Source: an uncultured Bacilli bacterium (GTDB lineage Bacteria; Bacillota_I; Bacilli_A; RF39; UBA660). Taken from it: a stretch of 64,000 nt of DNA. The notes beneath the pieces were generated by a model. It saw only the letters and a list, made by a program, of their open reading frames with translations. It had not been told where the DNA came from and did not search any database. Positions 1 through 9,492 of the stretch are shown piece by piece (position 1 is the first letter of the stretch; the number at the start of each line of letters is the position of its first letter). A program made the translations under genes and the position numbers. Location: the NCBI GenBank assembly GCA_934179675.1, contig CAKPQS010000001.1, forward strand, positions 10,154 through 74,153, written 5' to 3'.

Positions 1-2
1 TG

Positions 3-158
3 GCTGCTGAAGAAAGAGCGAGAGCAACATATGAAAATTTAATGAATGAAACTAATGATCCAGATTTATTAGGTCCATTATCATTTTTAAGACAAAGAGA
101 AGTTGTTCATTACAATCGATTTAAAGAATTACTAGATTTTTATAAAAATGGTCAATAA
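3..158 (+). CDS. Manganese catalase / CotJC-like protein, C-terminal fragment (5' end outside window)
   Basis: The frame is open from the window edge. Translation ...AAEERARATYENLMNETNDPDLLGPLSFLRQREVVHYNRFKELL matches the conserved C-terminus of Mn-catalase/CotJC family proteins. Confidence 0.6.
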   Translation, partial: AAEERARATYENLMNETNDPDLLGPLSFLRQREVVHYNRFKELLDFYKNGQ

Positions 159-195
159 TTGATCATTTTTTGCATATCATCAAATAGGAGGCTTT

Positions 196-1143
196 ATGGA
201 AAAATTAGGTATTATATATGGTGGTAATTCTTATGAGCATGATGTTTCAGTTAAATCTAAAAATAGTTTTATTAAAAATGTTAATAAAAAATATGAAATA
301 TCAGAAATTTATATAGACAAAAAAAATAATTGGTATGAAAATAATAAAAAAATAGATAATATTATAGAATATTTAAAAAAATTTGATATTATTTTTCCTT
401 TAATTCACGGAAATATTGGTGAAGATGGTAAATTGCAAGGATTATTTGAAACTTTTAATATTAAATATACAGGATCAAATACCATCAGTAGTGCACTTGC
501 AATGGATAAAGGATTTTGTAAAATAATTCTTGATAAATATAATATTAAACAAGTACCATATATTATAGTTGATAAAAAAAGTAAGATTAAAGAAATAATA
601 GAAAAATTTAAATACCCAGTTATTATTAAACCAGCAAATGGTGGATCTAGTATCGGAATTAATATAGCACATAATACAAAAGAATTAATTAAAGGATTAA
701 ATAATGCTTTTCAGTATGATAAGAAAGTAATTATAGAAAAATATATAACAGCAAGAGAATTAGAAATTGGTGTCATTAATAATAATGGTTTAATAACATC
801 AAGTATTGGTGAAATAAAAAGTAATGGTTTTTATGATTATGAATCAAAGTATATTAAAAAAACAGAAATTATAATTAATCCTAATTTAAAAAAGGAAACA
901 ACTTTAAAAATTAAAGAAATAGCACGTAATATCTTTAAAATATTAGAATGCAATGATTATGCAAGATGTGATTTTTTATATGATGAAATAAATAATGACT
1001 TATATTTTAATGAAATAAATACAATTCCTGGATTTACAGAAATAAGTATGTTTCCTAAATTATTTATAGATAGTGGTTATACATATGGTGAAATAATTGA
1101 TATAATTATTAAAAGTTCAAAAAAAAGATTTAAACAAAAATAA
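196..1143 (+). CDS. ddl: D-alanine--D-alanine ligase
   Basis: 315 aa; N-terminus GIIYGGNSYEHDVSVKS and an ATP-grasp C-terminus (EINTIPGFT) typical of Ddl; AGGAGG RBS lies 6 nt upstream. Confidence 0.9.
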   Translation: MEKLGIIYGGNSYEHDVSVKSKNSFIKNVNKKYEISEIYIDKKNNWYENNKKIDNIIEYLKKFDIIFPLIHGNIGEDGKLQGLFETFNIKYTGSNTISSALAMDKGFCKIILDKYNIKQVPYIIVDKKSKIKEIIEKFKYPVIIKPANGGSSIGINIAHNTKELIKGLNNAFQYDKKVIIEKYITARELEIGVINNNGLITSSIGEIKSNGFYDYESKYIKKTEIIINPNLKKETTLKIKEIARNIFKILECNDYARCDFLYDEINNDLYFNEINTIPGFTEISMFPKLFIDSGYTYGEIIDIIIKSSKKRFKQK

Positions 1144-1147
1144 TTTA

Positions 1148-1192
1148 TAAGAAAAGAAGACTACTTTTTCTTAGCGTCTTCTTTTTTTCTTA
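1148..1192. terminator. bidirectional rho-independent terminator between convergent ddl and typA
   Basis: Hairpin AGAAGACtactttttcttagcGTCTTCT is flanked by T-runs on both strands. Confidence 0.5.
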
Positions 1193-2975
1193 ATTCAGTA
1201 TTTAATATTCTTTTTCTCATTCTTATATTATGAGGTGTTACTTCTACAAATTCATCAAAATTAATGTAATCCAAAGCATATTCTAGTGTTATTGGACGAG
1301 GTCTTTTTAATACAACAGTATGATCTTTAGAAGATGATCTAGTATTAGTTAAATTTTTACCTTTTACTACATTAACAGCTAAATCATTATCTCTGTTACA
1401 TTCGCCTACAATCATACCTTCATATACTTCAACACCTGGTTCAATAAACATAACACCACGATCTTCAAGTTGTCCTAAAGCGTAAGCAGTTGACTTTCCA
1501 TTTTCCATAGAAACAAGTACACCAAGAGGTCTTTCGCCAACCTCGACATCTTCTACTTTTGCATATTCTTTAAATGTATGATTCATAATTCCGTAACCTT
1601 TTGTTAAAGTCATAAAATCTGTAGCAAATCCTATTAATCCTCTAGAAGGAATAGTATATGTTAATCTAACTAATCCATTATAATTAGACATATTTTCCAT
1701 ATTACCGCCACGATTAGCAAGTTCTTCAATAACATTACCTACACAAGATTCATTAACTTCAAGTTGTAATTCTTCATAAGGTTCACACTTAACACCGTCT
1801 ATTTCTTTAATTATAACAACAGGTTTAGAAACTTGAACTTCAAATCCTTCTCGACGCATATTTTCGATTAATATACCTAAATGTAATTCTCCTCGGCCAG
1901 ATACAATCCAACTTTCAGCATCATTTGGTGCGACTTTTAATGAAACATCTTTTTCTGTTTCTTTTATTAATCTTTCTTCAATTTTACGAGCAGTTAATTG
2001 TTTTCCATCTTGTCCGGCCATTGGACTTGTATTTACACCAATTGTAATTTGCATTGTTGGTTCATCTATTCTTAATTTTGGTAATGCTTCTTCTAATCCA
2101 AGTGTACAAACTGTTTCACCGACTTCAATATCAGGTAATCCTGAAATAGCAATTATTTCTCCTGCTTGTGCTTCTTCTATTTCTACTTTTTTTAAACCTT
2201 TAAAGCCAAATAATTTTGCAATTCTAAATTGTTTTTTACTTCCATCTAATCTAATGCAAGAAACCATTTCGCCTACCTTAACTTTTCCTCTTTTTACTAA
2301 ACCAATACCTATTCTTCCAACATAATCATTATAGTCAATTAAGGCAGGTTGAAATTGAAATCCACCTTCTAAACTAACTCTTGGATCTGGTACTGTATTT
2401 ATAACTGCATCTAATATTGGTTCCATAGTAGGTTTTTGATTTTCAAGACCTATTTCTGTACTACTAGTACCATTTATAGCAGATGCATAAATTACAGGAA
2501 ATTCTAATTGTTCAATGTCAGCTCCCAATTCAATGAATAGGTCTAAAACTTCATCTACTACTTCTTTTGGTCTTGCAGTTGGTTTATCAATTTTATTTAC
2601 TACTACAACAGGTGTAACACCGGCAGCTAAAGCCTTTTTTAAAACAAATCTAGTTTGTGGCATTGTTCCTTCATAAGCATCAACTACTAATATAACACCA
2701 TCTACCATATTCATAATTCTTTCAACTTCGCCACCAAAATCAGCATGTCCTGGAGTATCTAGAATATTAATTGTATATCCTTTGTATTCAATAGATGTTG
2801 TTTTTGCAAGTATTGTAATACCTCTTTCTCTTTCAATATCATTAGAATCCATTACTCTCTCTTGTACTTCTTCATTTGCTCTAAAAGTATTAGCAGATGC
2901 TAGTAATTTATCAACTAATGTTGTTTTACCATGGTCAACATGGGCTATTATCGCTATATTTTTTATTTTCTTCAT
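1161..2975 (-). CDS. typA: Translational GTPase TypA/BipA
   Basis: AHVDHGKTTLVD G1 motif plus DTPGHADF and NKID motifs, ~605 aa. Start chosen at MKKIKN because a GAGGG RBS is correctly spaced; the ORF-track start at 3023 is probably an over-extension. Confidence 0.9.
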   Translation of the reverse strand: MKKIKNIAIIAHVDHGKTTLVDKLLASANTFRANEEVQERVMDSNDIERERGITILAKTTSIEYKGYTINILDTPGHADFGGEVERIMNMVDGVILVVDAYEGTMPQTRFVLKKALAAGVTPVVVVNKIDKPTARPKEVVDEVLDLFIELGADIEQLEFPVIYASAINGTSSTEIGLENQKPTMEPILDAVINTVPDPRVSLEGGFQFQPALIDYNDYVGRIGIGLVKRGKVKVGEMVSCIRLDGSKKQFRIAKLFGFKGLKKVEIEEAQAGEIIAISGLPDIEVGETVCTLGLEEALPKLRIDEPTMQITIGVNTSPMAGQDGKQLTARKIEERLIKETEKDVSLKVAPNDAESWIVSGRGELHLGILIENMRREGFEVQVSKPVVIIKEIDGVKCEPYEELQLEVNESCVGNVIEELANRGGNMENMSNYNGLVRLTYTIPSRGLIGFATDFMTLTKGYGIMNHTFKEYAKVEDVEVGERPLGVLVSMENGKSTAYALGQLEDRGVMFIEPGVEVYEGMIVGECNRDNDLAVNVVKGKNLTNTRSSSKDHTVVLKRPRPITLEYALDYINFDEFVEVTPHNIRMRKRILNTELRKKEDAKKK

Positions 2976-3060
2976 ACTCATCCCTCTTTTTAGTACTTTG
3001 GTATTATAGCACATTTTTAACACTTGTCAAACTGTTTTTTTTATTTTTTTTAACACTTTT

Positions 3061-4074
3061 TTAATCTTTATTAAATAAATCAACTATTTGAGCACCATGT
3101 GTTTTTAATTTTATTGAAGATAATATTTTTGAATTTTTTAATTCTTCTATTGTTTTGGGTTTTAATTCAATCAATTCATCAAGTTCATCATTAGTAAAAA
3201 CATAATATGCCGGAATATTTAACTCTTTAGACCTTTCTTTTCTAAATTCTATTAATTTATTTTTTAATTCATCTACTTTATCAACATTTTTGTTGATAAA
3301 ATTATTTAAACAAAATTTATTCTTATAATATTCATAATAATTTTCTTCATCTTTGCAAGAAATATTAATATATGATTGAGCAGTCTTTTCCATTTCTTTT
3401 TGAGAATCAATAACATCATCAGATCTCCTATTTTCAAAATCAGTTTGTAGCTTTCTTACTAAAGCATCTGCTCTAAGTACTTTTGATTTAATCTCTTTAG
3501 GAGCTTTACTTGTATTAAGGATAGTTTCCGGATTAGCCGCAACTACTAATGTTCTTCTATAATAATTGAACCAACTAGAAGCAATCAATTTTGTAAATCT
3601 TGAAACATTACTCACCCATATCTTTCTAAAAACTTCCCTTTGAGCTTCAACCTGTCTTAATGGTGAATACATCCCCTTACGTACTTTTTTACCTTTTATA
3701 GTATATTCATTAATAAAATCACCATTTTCGTTTACTGTTATATTACCAATCAAATTTTTACACTCAACAAGATAAACATAGATAGGCGTGATTATTATAT
3801 AATCAATCTGCGCTGTTAAATTTTCATATTTTAATTTTATATCTCTTAAAACATACATTCCTATATTAGATTTTTCTAATTGATAAGCAATTTCATTTTC
3901 ACCAGCTAATCCCTTTTTTACAATATACATTTCTGTTTGCAAATCCTCATTATTTGGGTATTCCTCATTTAACTTTTTTAAAGCATCATACTTATCTTGT
4001 AAATCACTTGTTTTTTTATAAAATATCGTATCTGTAAATCTTCCTCCATTTACCAAAGTATCTAATATTCCCAT
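3061..4074 (-). CDS. NERD (nuclease-related) domain protein with a C-terminal HRDC-like helix-hairpin-helix module
   Basis: The central segment IDYIIITPIYVYLVECKNL...NENGDF resembles the NERD core (D..E.K). The C-terminal IPAYYVFTNDELDELIELKPKTIEEL...GAQIV resembles an HRDC/RecQ-type DNA-binding module. Confidence 0.5.
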   Translation of the reverse strand: MGILDTLVNGGRFTDTIFYKKTSDLQDKYDALKKLNEEYPNNEDLQTEMYIVKKGLAGENEIAYQLEKSNIGMYVLRDIKLKYENLTAQIDYIIITPIYVYLVECKNLIGNITVNENGDFINEYTIKGKKVRKGMYSPLRQVEAQREVFRKIWVSNVSRFTKLIASSWFNYYRRTLVVAANPETILNTSKAPKEIKSKVLRADALVRKLQTDFENRRSDDVIDSQKEMEKTAQSYINISCKDEENYYEYYKNKFCLNNFINKNVDKVDELKNKLIEFRKERSKELNIPAYYVFTNDELDELIELKPKTIEELKNSKILSSIKLKTHGAQIVDLFNKD

Positions 4075-4124
4075 TTAATCACCTATTCTTATACATTTTT
4101 AAATCAAGGTTAATGCCTTGATTT

Positions 4125-4754
4125 TTAATGAAAAATACTACTTTCTCCTTTATAGTCTTTTAAAATCATATTGTATTCTTTTTTAGATTCTTCTATACTT
4201 TTATGATAACTTTTAGATGTCCTTTGATAAGCGTAAAAATCATAATTTTTTTTACTCTTAATATTTATATGAATAATAAAATCATAAATATTTTCATTTA
4301 GATCTTGATAAATACATAAAATTCTATTATGACTTATTCCATTTTTGTTTAAATAATTTATTAAAAGCATTTGAATTTGAATAATATCAGAAGAAGCAAC
4401 ATCAAGTGTTGTAAATAATTGTTGATTAATATCACGATCTAATAATTGAGTTCCTTTTATACATTCTCCAGTAAGTAAATCATAAAATCTTATATTACTA
4501 GCAACACCATAACCAATATTTTCAAGCATTATATTAAAAGGAATATCAATTTCCTCGCCTACATCTTGTTTTTTTAAAGTAATATAGTATTTATATTGAT
4601 CAAGCTTTTTTAAAATTTGTAAACTTTTTAAAATTAAATAAGGTTTATGTTTTTCTTTATTTTCATTTTTAACTCTACCATGTACTGTATAAATTGCAAC
4701 AAAAAGAGTAACAATTAGTGTTAAACTAGAAAAAATAATTGTAATTCTATCCAT
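4125..4754 (-). CDS. hypothetical membrane-anchored protein (single N-terminal TM)
   Basis: ORF with a hydrophobic N-terminus. Start set at MDRIT (GGTGA RBS), which overlaps the NUDIX stop in an ATGGATAG junction, i.e. translational coupling. Confidence 0.4.
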   Translation of the reverse strand: MDRITIIFSSLTLIVTLFVAIYTVHGRVKNENKEKHKPYLILKSLQILKKLDQYKYYITLKKQDVGEEIDIPFNIMLENIGYGVASNIRFYDLLTGECIKGTQLLDRDINQQLFTTLDVASSDIIQIQMLLINYLNKNGISHNRILCIYQDLNENIYDFIIHINIKSKKNYDFYAYQRTSKSYHKSIEESKKEYNMILKDYKGESSIFH

Positions 4755-5214
4755 TATAATCACCAAAAAAATGTTTTAATATATAATCCATTGTAATTTT
4801 TATATCTGGAAATACTTTTATACGTTCCAAATCATTTCTTGAATACCATCCAACTTTTGCAACATCATTGTCAGTATCAGTATGATCTATTTTATTAATC
4901 GGTACACCAGCATATATAATATCTATATGAATTTTTCCTTTCAATGTTCTGTTCTTTTGAATACCAAGTGGTCTTATATAGTCTTGTTCTCTTGGAAAAC
5001 GATCGCCTAATAATCTGATTTTAACACCAGTTTCTTCCCAAACTTCTCTTAATACAGCATCTTCTGGAGATTCATTTTTTTCTATATGACCACCTGGTTG
5101 AACCCATCTATCAAAATCGTTATGATAAACTAAAAGTATTTTTTTATTAACAGGGTTTATAACAAAAGCAGAGGCACAAAATTCTTTTTGAACATAATCT
5201 ATATATTCATCCAT
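4747..5214 (-). CDS. NUDIX hydrolase
   Basis: Nudix box GGHIEKNESPEDAVLREVWEETGV (GX5EX7REUXEEXGU); start at MDEY with an AGGTGG RBS. Confidence 0.75.
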   Translation of the reverse strand: MDEYIDYVQKEFCASAFVINPVNKKILLVYHNDFDRWVQPGGHIEKNESPEDAVLREVWEETGVKIRLLGDRFPREQDYIRPLGIQKNRTLKGKIHIDIIYAGVPINKIDHTDTDNDVAKVGWYSRNDLERIKVFPDIKITMDYILKHFFGDYNG

Positions 5215-5291
5215 ACAACCACCTATTCTCATTATAAATTAAAAATATATATAAATCAATTAATTTATCTAAAAGAATTTTGTTAGACGAC

Positions 5292-5320
5292 AAAAAAATG
5301 TAAAATTATAATTTTACATT
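5292..5320 (-). terminator. rho-independent terminator downstream of the DUF421 gene
   Basis: Hairpin aATGTAAAATtataATTTTACATt followed by T6 on the minus strand. Confidence 0.45.
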
Positions 5321-5351
5321 CTAATAGTATATTTTTTAAAAATATTACTTT

Positions 5352-6068
5352 TTATTCAAGAATATTTTTAATATTTTCATTTTCTTTTTGTTTATAAATC
5401 ATAAGAGTACTATTGATGTCTAAAGTAGCAAGTAAAATATCATCTAAAATAATACCTTTATTTTTTAATTCCTTTATTAACCATTTTTCATCTTTACCCA
5501 TCTGCAATAAATTATTTAACATTATTTTTTTGTCAATAACTACATTTGCTACCAAACCATTCCTATTGACTTTAAGCTTCATATCATTTGGTGTTAAAGG
5601 TAAATATTCAGGTTTTAATAAAATACTTAATTTTCCATTAGCCTCCATAAGAGCATAATTAATTTGATTTAAATCAAAAACATTATTATTTCTACATTCT
5701 TCTAACAAATCATTAATATCGAGTTTAACTTTTTTTAAAGATTCTTTAATAATTTTACCATTTTGAATAACTACTGTTGGAGCTCCCATAAAAAATCTTC
5801 GTGCAACAATACTTTTCATAGTTAAAATAGAAACTAAATAAGCAACAACACCAAATATAATAACCGCAACAACACCATTAACCCATTCTGCTTCCAAATT
5901 AATAGTAACTTCAGCTGCAAAATTACCAATTGATATACCAATAACATAATCAAATAAACTTAATTGAGAAACTTGTTTTTTTCCTAATAATTTAGTAATC
6001 AAAAAAAGTGTTACTAAAGAAATTAAAGCTCTATAGGAAACTTCTAGTATTTCTTTATAATCAAACAT
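5352..6068 (-). CDS. DUF421 (YetF/YdfS-like) membrane protein
   Basis: N-terminus ...ALISLVTLFLITKLLGKKQVSQLSLFDYVIGISIGNFAA matches the DUF421 consensus; start at MFDY with an AAAGGTGA RBS. Confidence 0.5.
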   Translation of the reverse strand: MFDYKEILEVSYRALISLVTLFLITKLLGKKQVSQLSLFDYVIGISIGNFAAEVTINLEAEWVNGVVAVIIFGVVAYLVSILTMKSIVARRFFMGAPTVVIQNGKIIKESLKKVKLDINDLLEECRNNNVFDLNQINYALMEANGKLSILLKPEYLPLTPNDMKLKVNRNGLVANVVIDKKIMLNNLLQMGKDEKWLIKELKNKGIILDDILLATLDINSTLMIYKQKENENIKNILE

Positions 6069-6127
6069 ATAATCACCTTTATTAGTATAAGTAAATAATA
6101 TTTTTATATACAAAAAAGTATAGAATT

Positions 6128-6541
6128 CTATACTTTACAAAAAGTTTCTTCAGTATTAGACATATTGTATGATAGAACATAACTACCATCAGATTTAACA
6201 TTAACAACAATATTTCCTGTCATATTTTTAGAACAATTAGGATTAACAGGATATTTATCAAAAACACCTTCACTTATAAAAACACTCATTGGTATTACAA
6301 TTACTTTTTCACCATTAAATAAATCAATTTTAACATTATTTCCATTTACATTTAATGTTTTACCCTCATTTTCCGTAATATAAGTTCTAACTGCACTTTT
6401 TATTGTTTCAAGTTGTTCATCATAAAGTTTATGTTTTGCTTCTTTCTGAACGTTATTATAAACAGCAATACCAATAGTACTTAATATTCCAATGATTACA
6501 ATAATCGCTAAAAGTTCAACTAAAGTAAATCCTTTTTTCAT
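6128..6541 (-). CDS. prepilin-type N-terminal cleavage/methylation domain protein (type IV pilin/pseudopilin, ComGC-like)
   Basis: Class III signal MKKGFTLVELLAIIVIIGILSTIGIAV, with the G-FTLVE cleavage/methylation motif and Glu at +5. Confidence 0.7.
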   Translation of the reverse strand: MKKGFTLVELLAIIVIIGILSTIGIAVYNNVQKEAKHKLYDEQLETIKSAVRTYITENEGKTLNVNGNNVKIDLFNGEKVIVIPMSVFISEGVFDKYPVNPNCSKNMTGNIVVNVKSDGSYVLSYNMSNTEETFCKV

Positions 6542-6543
6542 AA

Positions 6544-7530
6544 CTACCTTTCTATTAAATATAAATTATTAAGTAAAACACCTGTTCCTTCTGCAACACA
6601 AGAAAGTGGATTTTCAGCAATTCTAACAGGTACTTTTAATTCTTTTGCAAGTAAACTATCAAGACCATTAAGTAAAGCGCCACCACCTGTTAAAACTATG
6701 CCTTTTTCTATAATATCAGCAGATAATTCAGGAGGTGTTTGTTCTAAAACGTTCTTAACTGTGCGAACAATAGATAAAGCACTATCAGATAAAGCATCTT
6801 TAATTTCTGATGATGTAACATGAATTGTATGAGGCAAACCAGTTACTAAATTTCTACCTCTAACATCCATTTTTTCATTTGTATCATTAAAAACAGATCC
6901 AATCTGAATTTTAATTTCTTCAGCTGTTCTTTCACCAATTAATAATTTATATTTATCTTTTATATATTTTGTGATGTCCTTATCAAAAGTGTTTCCAGCA
7001 ATTTTTATAGAAGCAGATGTAACAATACCACCTAATGATAAAACAGCAATATCAGTTGTTCCGCCACCAATATCAACAACCATTGAACCACTAGGTGCTG
7101 ATATTTCAAGGCCAGCTCCTAAAGCAGCTGCTTTTGGTTCTTCTTCAATATAAACTTTTTTAGCACCTATTTTTTCAGCAGCTTCTCTAATAGCGTTTTT
7201 TTCAACACCTGTTATATTAGTAGGACAACATATAATAATTTTAGGGCGTAAGAAAATATTTTTTCCTAAAACTTTTTTAATAAAGTAATCTAACATTATC
7301 TCTGTTGTTTCAAAATCAGCAATAACACCATCTTTTAAAGGTCTAATAGCTTTTACTTTACCAGGAGTTCGTCCAAGCATATCTCTTGCTTCACTACCAA
7401 CTGCAAGTATTCTACGATTATCATCATCATAAGCAACAACACTTGGTTCATTTAAAATAATACCTTCACCCTTAACATAAATTAATACATTTGCCGTTCC
7501 TAAATCTATTCCTATATCTTTGCCAAACAT
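6544..7530 (-). CDS. mreB: rod-shape determining actin homologue MreB/Mbl
   Basis: GIDLGTANVLIYVKG..., DIGGGTTD and the rest of the actin-like ATPase fold; 328 aa. Confidence 0.9.
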   Translation of the reverse strand: MFGKDIGIDLGTANVLIYVKGEGIILNEPSVVAYDDDNRRILAVGSEARDMLGRTPGKVKAIRPLKDGVIADFETTEIMLDYFIKKVLGKNIFLRPKIIICCPTNITGVEKNAIREAAEKIGAKKVYIEEEPKAAALGAGLEISAPSGSMVVDIGGGTTDIAVLSLGGIVTSASIKIAGNTFDKDITKYIKDKYKLLIGERTAEEIKIQIGSVFNDTNEKMDVRGRNLVTGLPHTIHVTSSEIKDALSDSALSIVRTVKNVLEQTPPELSADIIEKGIVLTGGGALLNGLDSLLAKELKVPVRIAENPLSCVAEGTGVLLNNLYLIER

Positions 7531-7552
7531 ATTTCCTCCTCTATTATATCAT

Positions 7553-7804
7553 TTATTTGTTTTTATTTAAATACTTATTTTTAGTTGATTCACCACCTCT
7601 TATATGTCTAATATCAATATGATATTTTAATATTTTATCAACTTTTTCATACATTTTTTTATCAATAAGTATTAATCGTTCATGTAAATCTTTATGAACA
7701 GTACTTTTAGAAACACCAAACTTATTCGCGATTTCTCTTACAGTTTTTTCAGTTTCTATCATATATACTGCTTCTTCCAAAACACGATTACGAATTTTTG
7801 ACAT
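7553..7804 (-). CDS. spoIIID: Stage III sporulation protein D, HTH transcription regulator
   Basis: 83 aa; IETEKTVREIANKFGVSKSTVHKDLHERL...ILKYHIDIRHIRGGESTK is near-identical in pattern to B. subtilis SpoIIID. As in B. subtilis (mbl-spoIIID), it is adjacent to mreB. Confidence 0.8.
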   Translation of the reverse strand: MSKIRNRVLEEAVYMIETEKTVREIANKFGVSKSTVHKDLHERLILIDKKMYEKVDKILKYHIDIRHIRGGESTKNKYLNKNK

Positions 7805-7850
7805 AAAAACACCCCTTAATAAAATATATAATTTATAGGGATTTTTATAC

Positions 7851-8468
7851 TTATTTATTTAATTCAGTAAGTGTTTTTCCATAATTTTTTTCAGGGTCAA
7901 TATTTTTTCCATTAACAATTAATTCAAAATGTAAATGTTCTCCTAAACCACTAGATAAATTATTTTTTCCAGCTTCACCAATAACATCCATTTTGTTAAC
8001 AATATCTCCTTCTTTTACTTTTACATTTTGTAAACTAGCATAAATAGTCATAATATTTTCATCATGTTTTATAGTTACAGTAGTACCCATAATCTCATCT
8101 TCTTCTAATTTTACTACTTCACCTTCATAGACAGCTAAACAATCAAATTTACTTTCACCTTTATATATTACACCAGTATTTGGCATATATGTGTTTTCAT
8201 AATATATGATTGAATTTTCATGATTTTCTTCTGTATAGTCATAAAAAGAATTTACAACTTTTACACTAGCATCATTATATGGTCTTTCAATACCTTTTGA
8301 TATATTGATAACTGGGTAAACTTCATCAAATATATTTTTGGTAACATATCTGGTACTTATATATTCTTCTGTATTTGCAACAGCTTGATATATAAATAAT
8401 CCTCCAATCAAACTCAAACTACCAATTGCATATAATCCATATATAACTGATTCTTTTAACTTTCTCAT
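7851..8468 (-). CDS. SpoIIQ-like membrane-anchored M23/LytM-domain protein (degenerate peptidase)
   Basis: N-terminal TM helix; the C-terminal GLGEHLHFELIVNGKNIDP is the HxH block of M23, while the upstream HxxxD block appears degenerate. Position next to spoIIID matches spoIIQ synteny. Confidence 0.55.
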   Translation of the reverse strand: MRKLKESVIYGLYAIGSLSLIGGLFIYQAVANTEEYISTRYVTKNIFDEVYPVINISKGIERPYNDASVKVVNSFYDYTEENHENSIIYYENTYMPNTGVIYKGESKFDCLAVYEGEVVKLEEDEIMGTTVTIKHDENIMTIYASLQNVKVKEGDIVNKMDVIGEAGKNNLSSGLGEHLHFELIVNGKNIDPEKNYGKTLTELNK

Positions 8469-8500
8469 TCATTCACCTCAATTATATATTGTACATTATT

Positions 8501-9424
8501 TTAAAATTTATACTTTTTTATTTTAACACCACTATAATAATGTTTTAATATTTCATTATATTTATATCCTTCAATAGCCATTCCTTGTGCTCCATATTGA
8601 CTCATTCCTACACCATGACCAAATCCAGTTGTAGTAATATTTACATTATTTTTATCTTGTTTTATATTGAAACTCGTAGATCTTAAACCAAAAAGACTAG
8701 ATATTTTACTTCCCGTAAAATTGACATTATTAATTTTTAATGTTTTAATGCGACCTGCTGAAGTTGAATCTATTATTTCTATATTTAATTTTTCATTATA
8801 TTTTATATTTAATTTTTTATAGAAATTTTCTAACGTAAAAGTATAAAAATCGTAAAATACAGGTGAAACATTTTGATCCCATTCACTTGACACACTTTTT
8901 AAATAAGGAAGACTTATATTAAATACATCAATCGAATTTTCTGTTTTTCCTGTACTTGTTGAAAAAAAGAAAGCATCTACAACAGAATTATTGTAATCTA
9001 AATATTCACAAGAAGTATCATTTACAACTTTTCTTATTTTATTAATATTAGCAATATAATTATTACCCCATGCTTTTTTTAAATAATCATTATCTAAATA
9101 AACTTGATTATTAGTATTATCTACAACATCATAATTTTTATTTTTATTGTATTCCATTCTTTTTAAAGCATAACTTCTGGATGCAACTGCTTGCGCTTTT
9201 AAAGCTTCTTCTTTAAAATATAAAGGCATTTCTCCTGCAATAACACCTACAATATATTCTTCAAAAGGAATTTTTTCTACTTTTTTTGATTCACTTCTAT
9301 AAACTCTTATAGTTTTTTCATTATGAATAATACCTAGTATTTTAGTTTCTTTTTTATCTGTAATTTTAATTAAAATATATGGCAATAACAACATAATTAT
9401 TATAACCAAAATAACTTTTTTCAT
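8501..9424 (-). CDS. spoIID: Stage II sporulation protein D (SpoIID/LytB family lytic transglycosylase)
   Basis: Signal/TM N-terminus; EEYIVGVIAGEMP...EALKAQAVASRSYAL and GHGVGMSQYGAQGMA are SpoIID/LytB hallmarks. Confidence 0.8.
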   Translation of the reverse strand: MKKVILVIIIMLLLPYILIKITDKKETKILGIIHNEKTIRVYRSESKKVEKIPFEEYIVGVIAGEMPLYFKEEALKAQAVASRSYALKRMEYNKNKNYDVVDNTNNQVYLDNDYLKKAWGNNYIANINKIRKVVNDTSCEYLDYNNSVVDAFFFSTSTGKTENSIDVFNISLPYLKSVSSEWDQNVSPVFYDFYTFTLENFYKKLNIKYNEKLNIEIIDSTSAGRIKTLKINNVNFTGSKISSLFGLRSTSFNIKQDKNNVNITTTGFGHGVGMSQYGAQGMAIEGYKYNEILKHYYSGVKIKKYKF

Positions 9425-9492
9425 ATCATCACCATAATAATTATATTATTTTAAAATTAAATTTTTTGTCTATTCATAGAAAAAAAAGAGTG

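Noticed and set aside
2782-3009. 75-aa plus-strand ORF.
   Set aside because: It is antisense within the typA N-terminal coding region.
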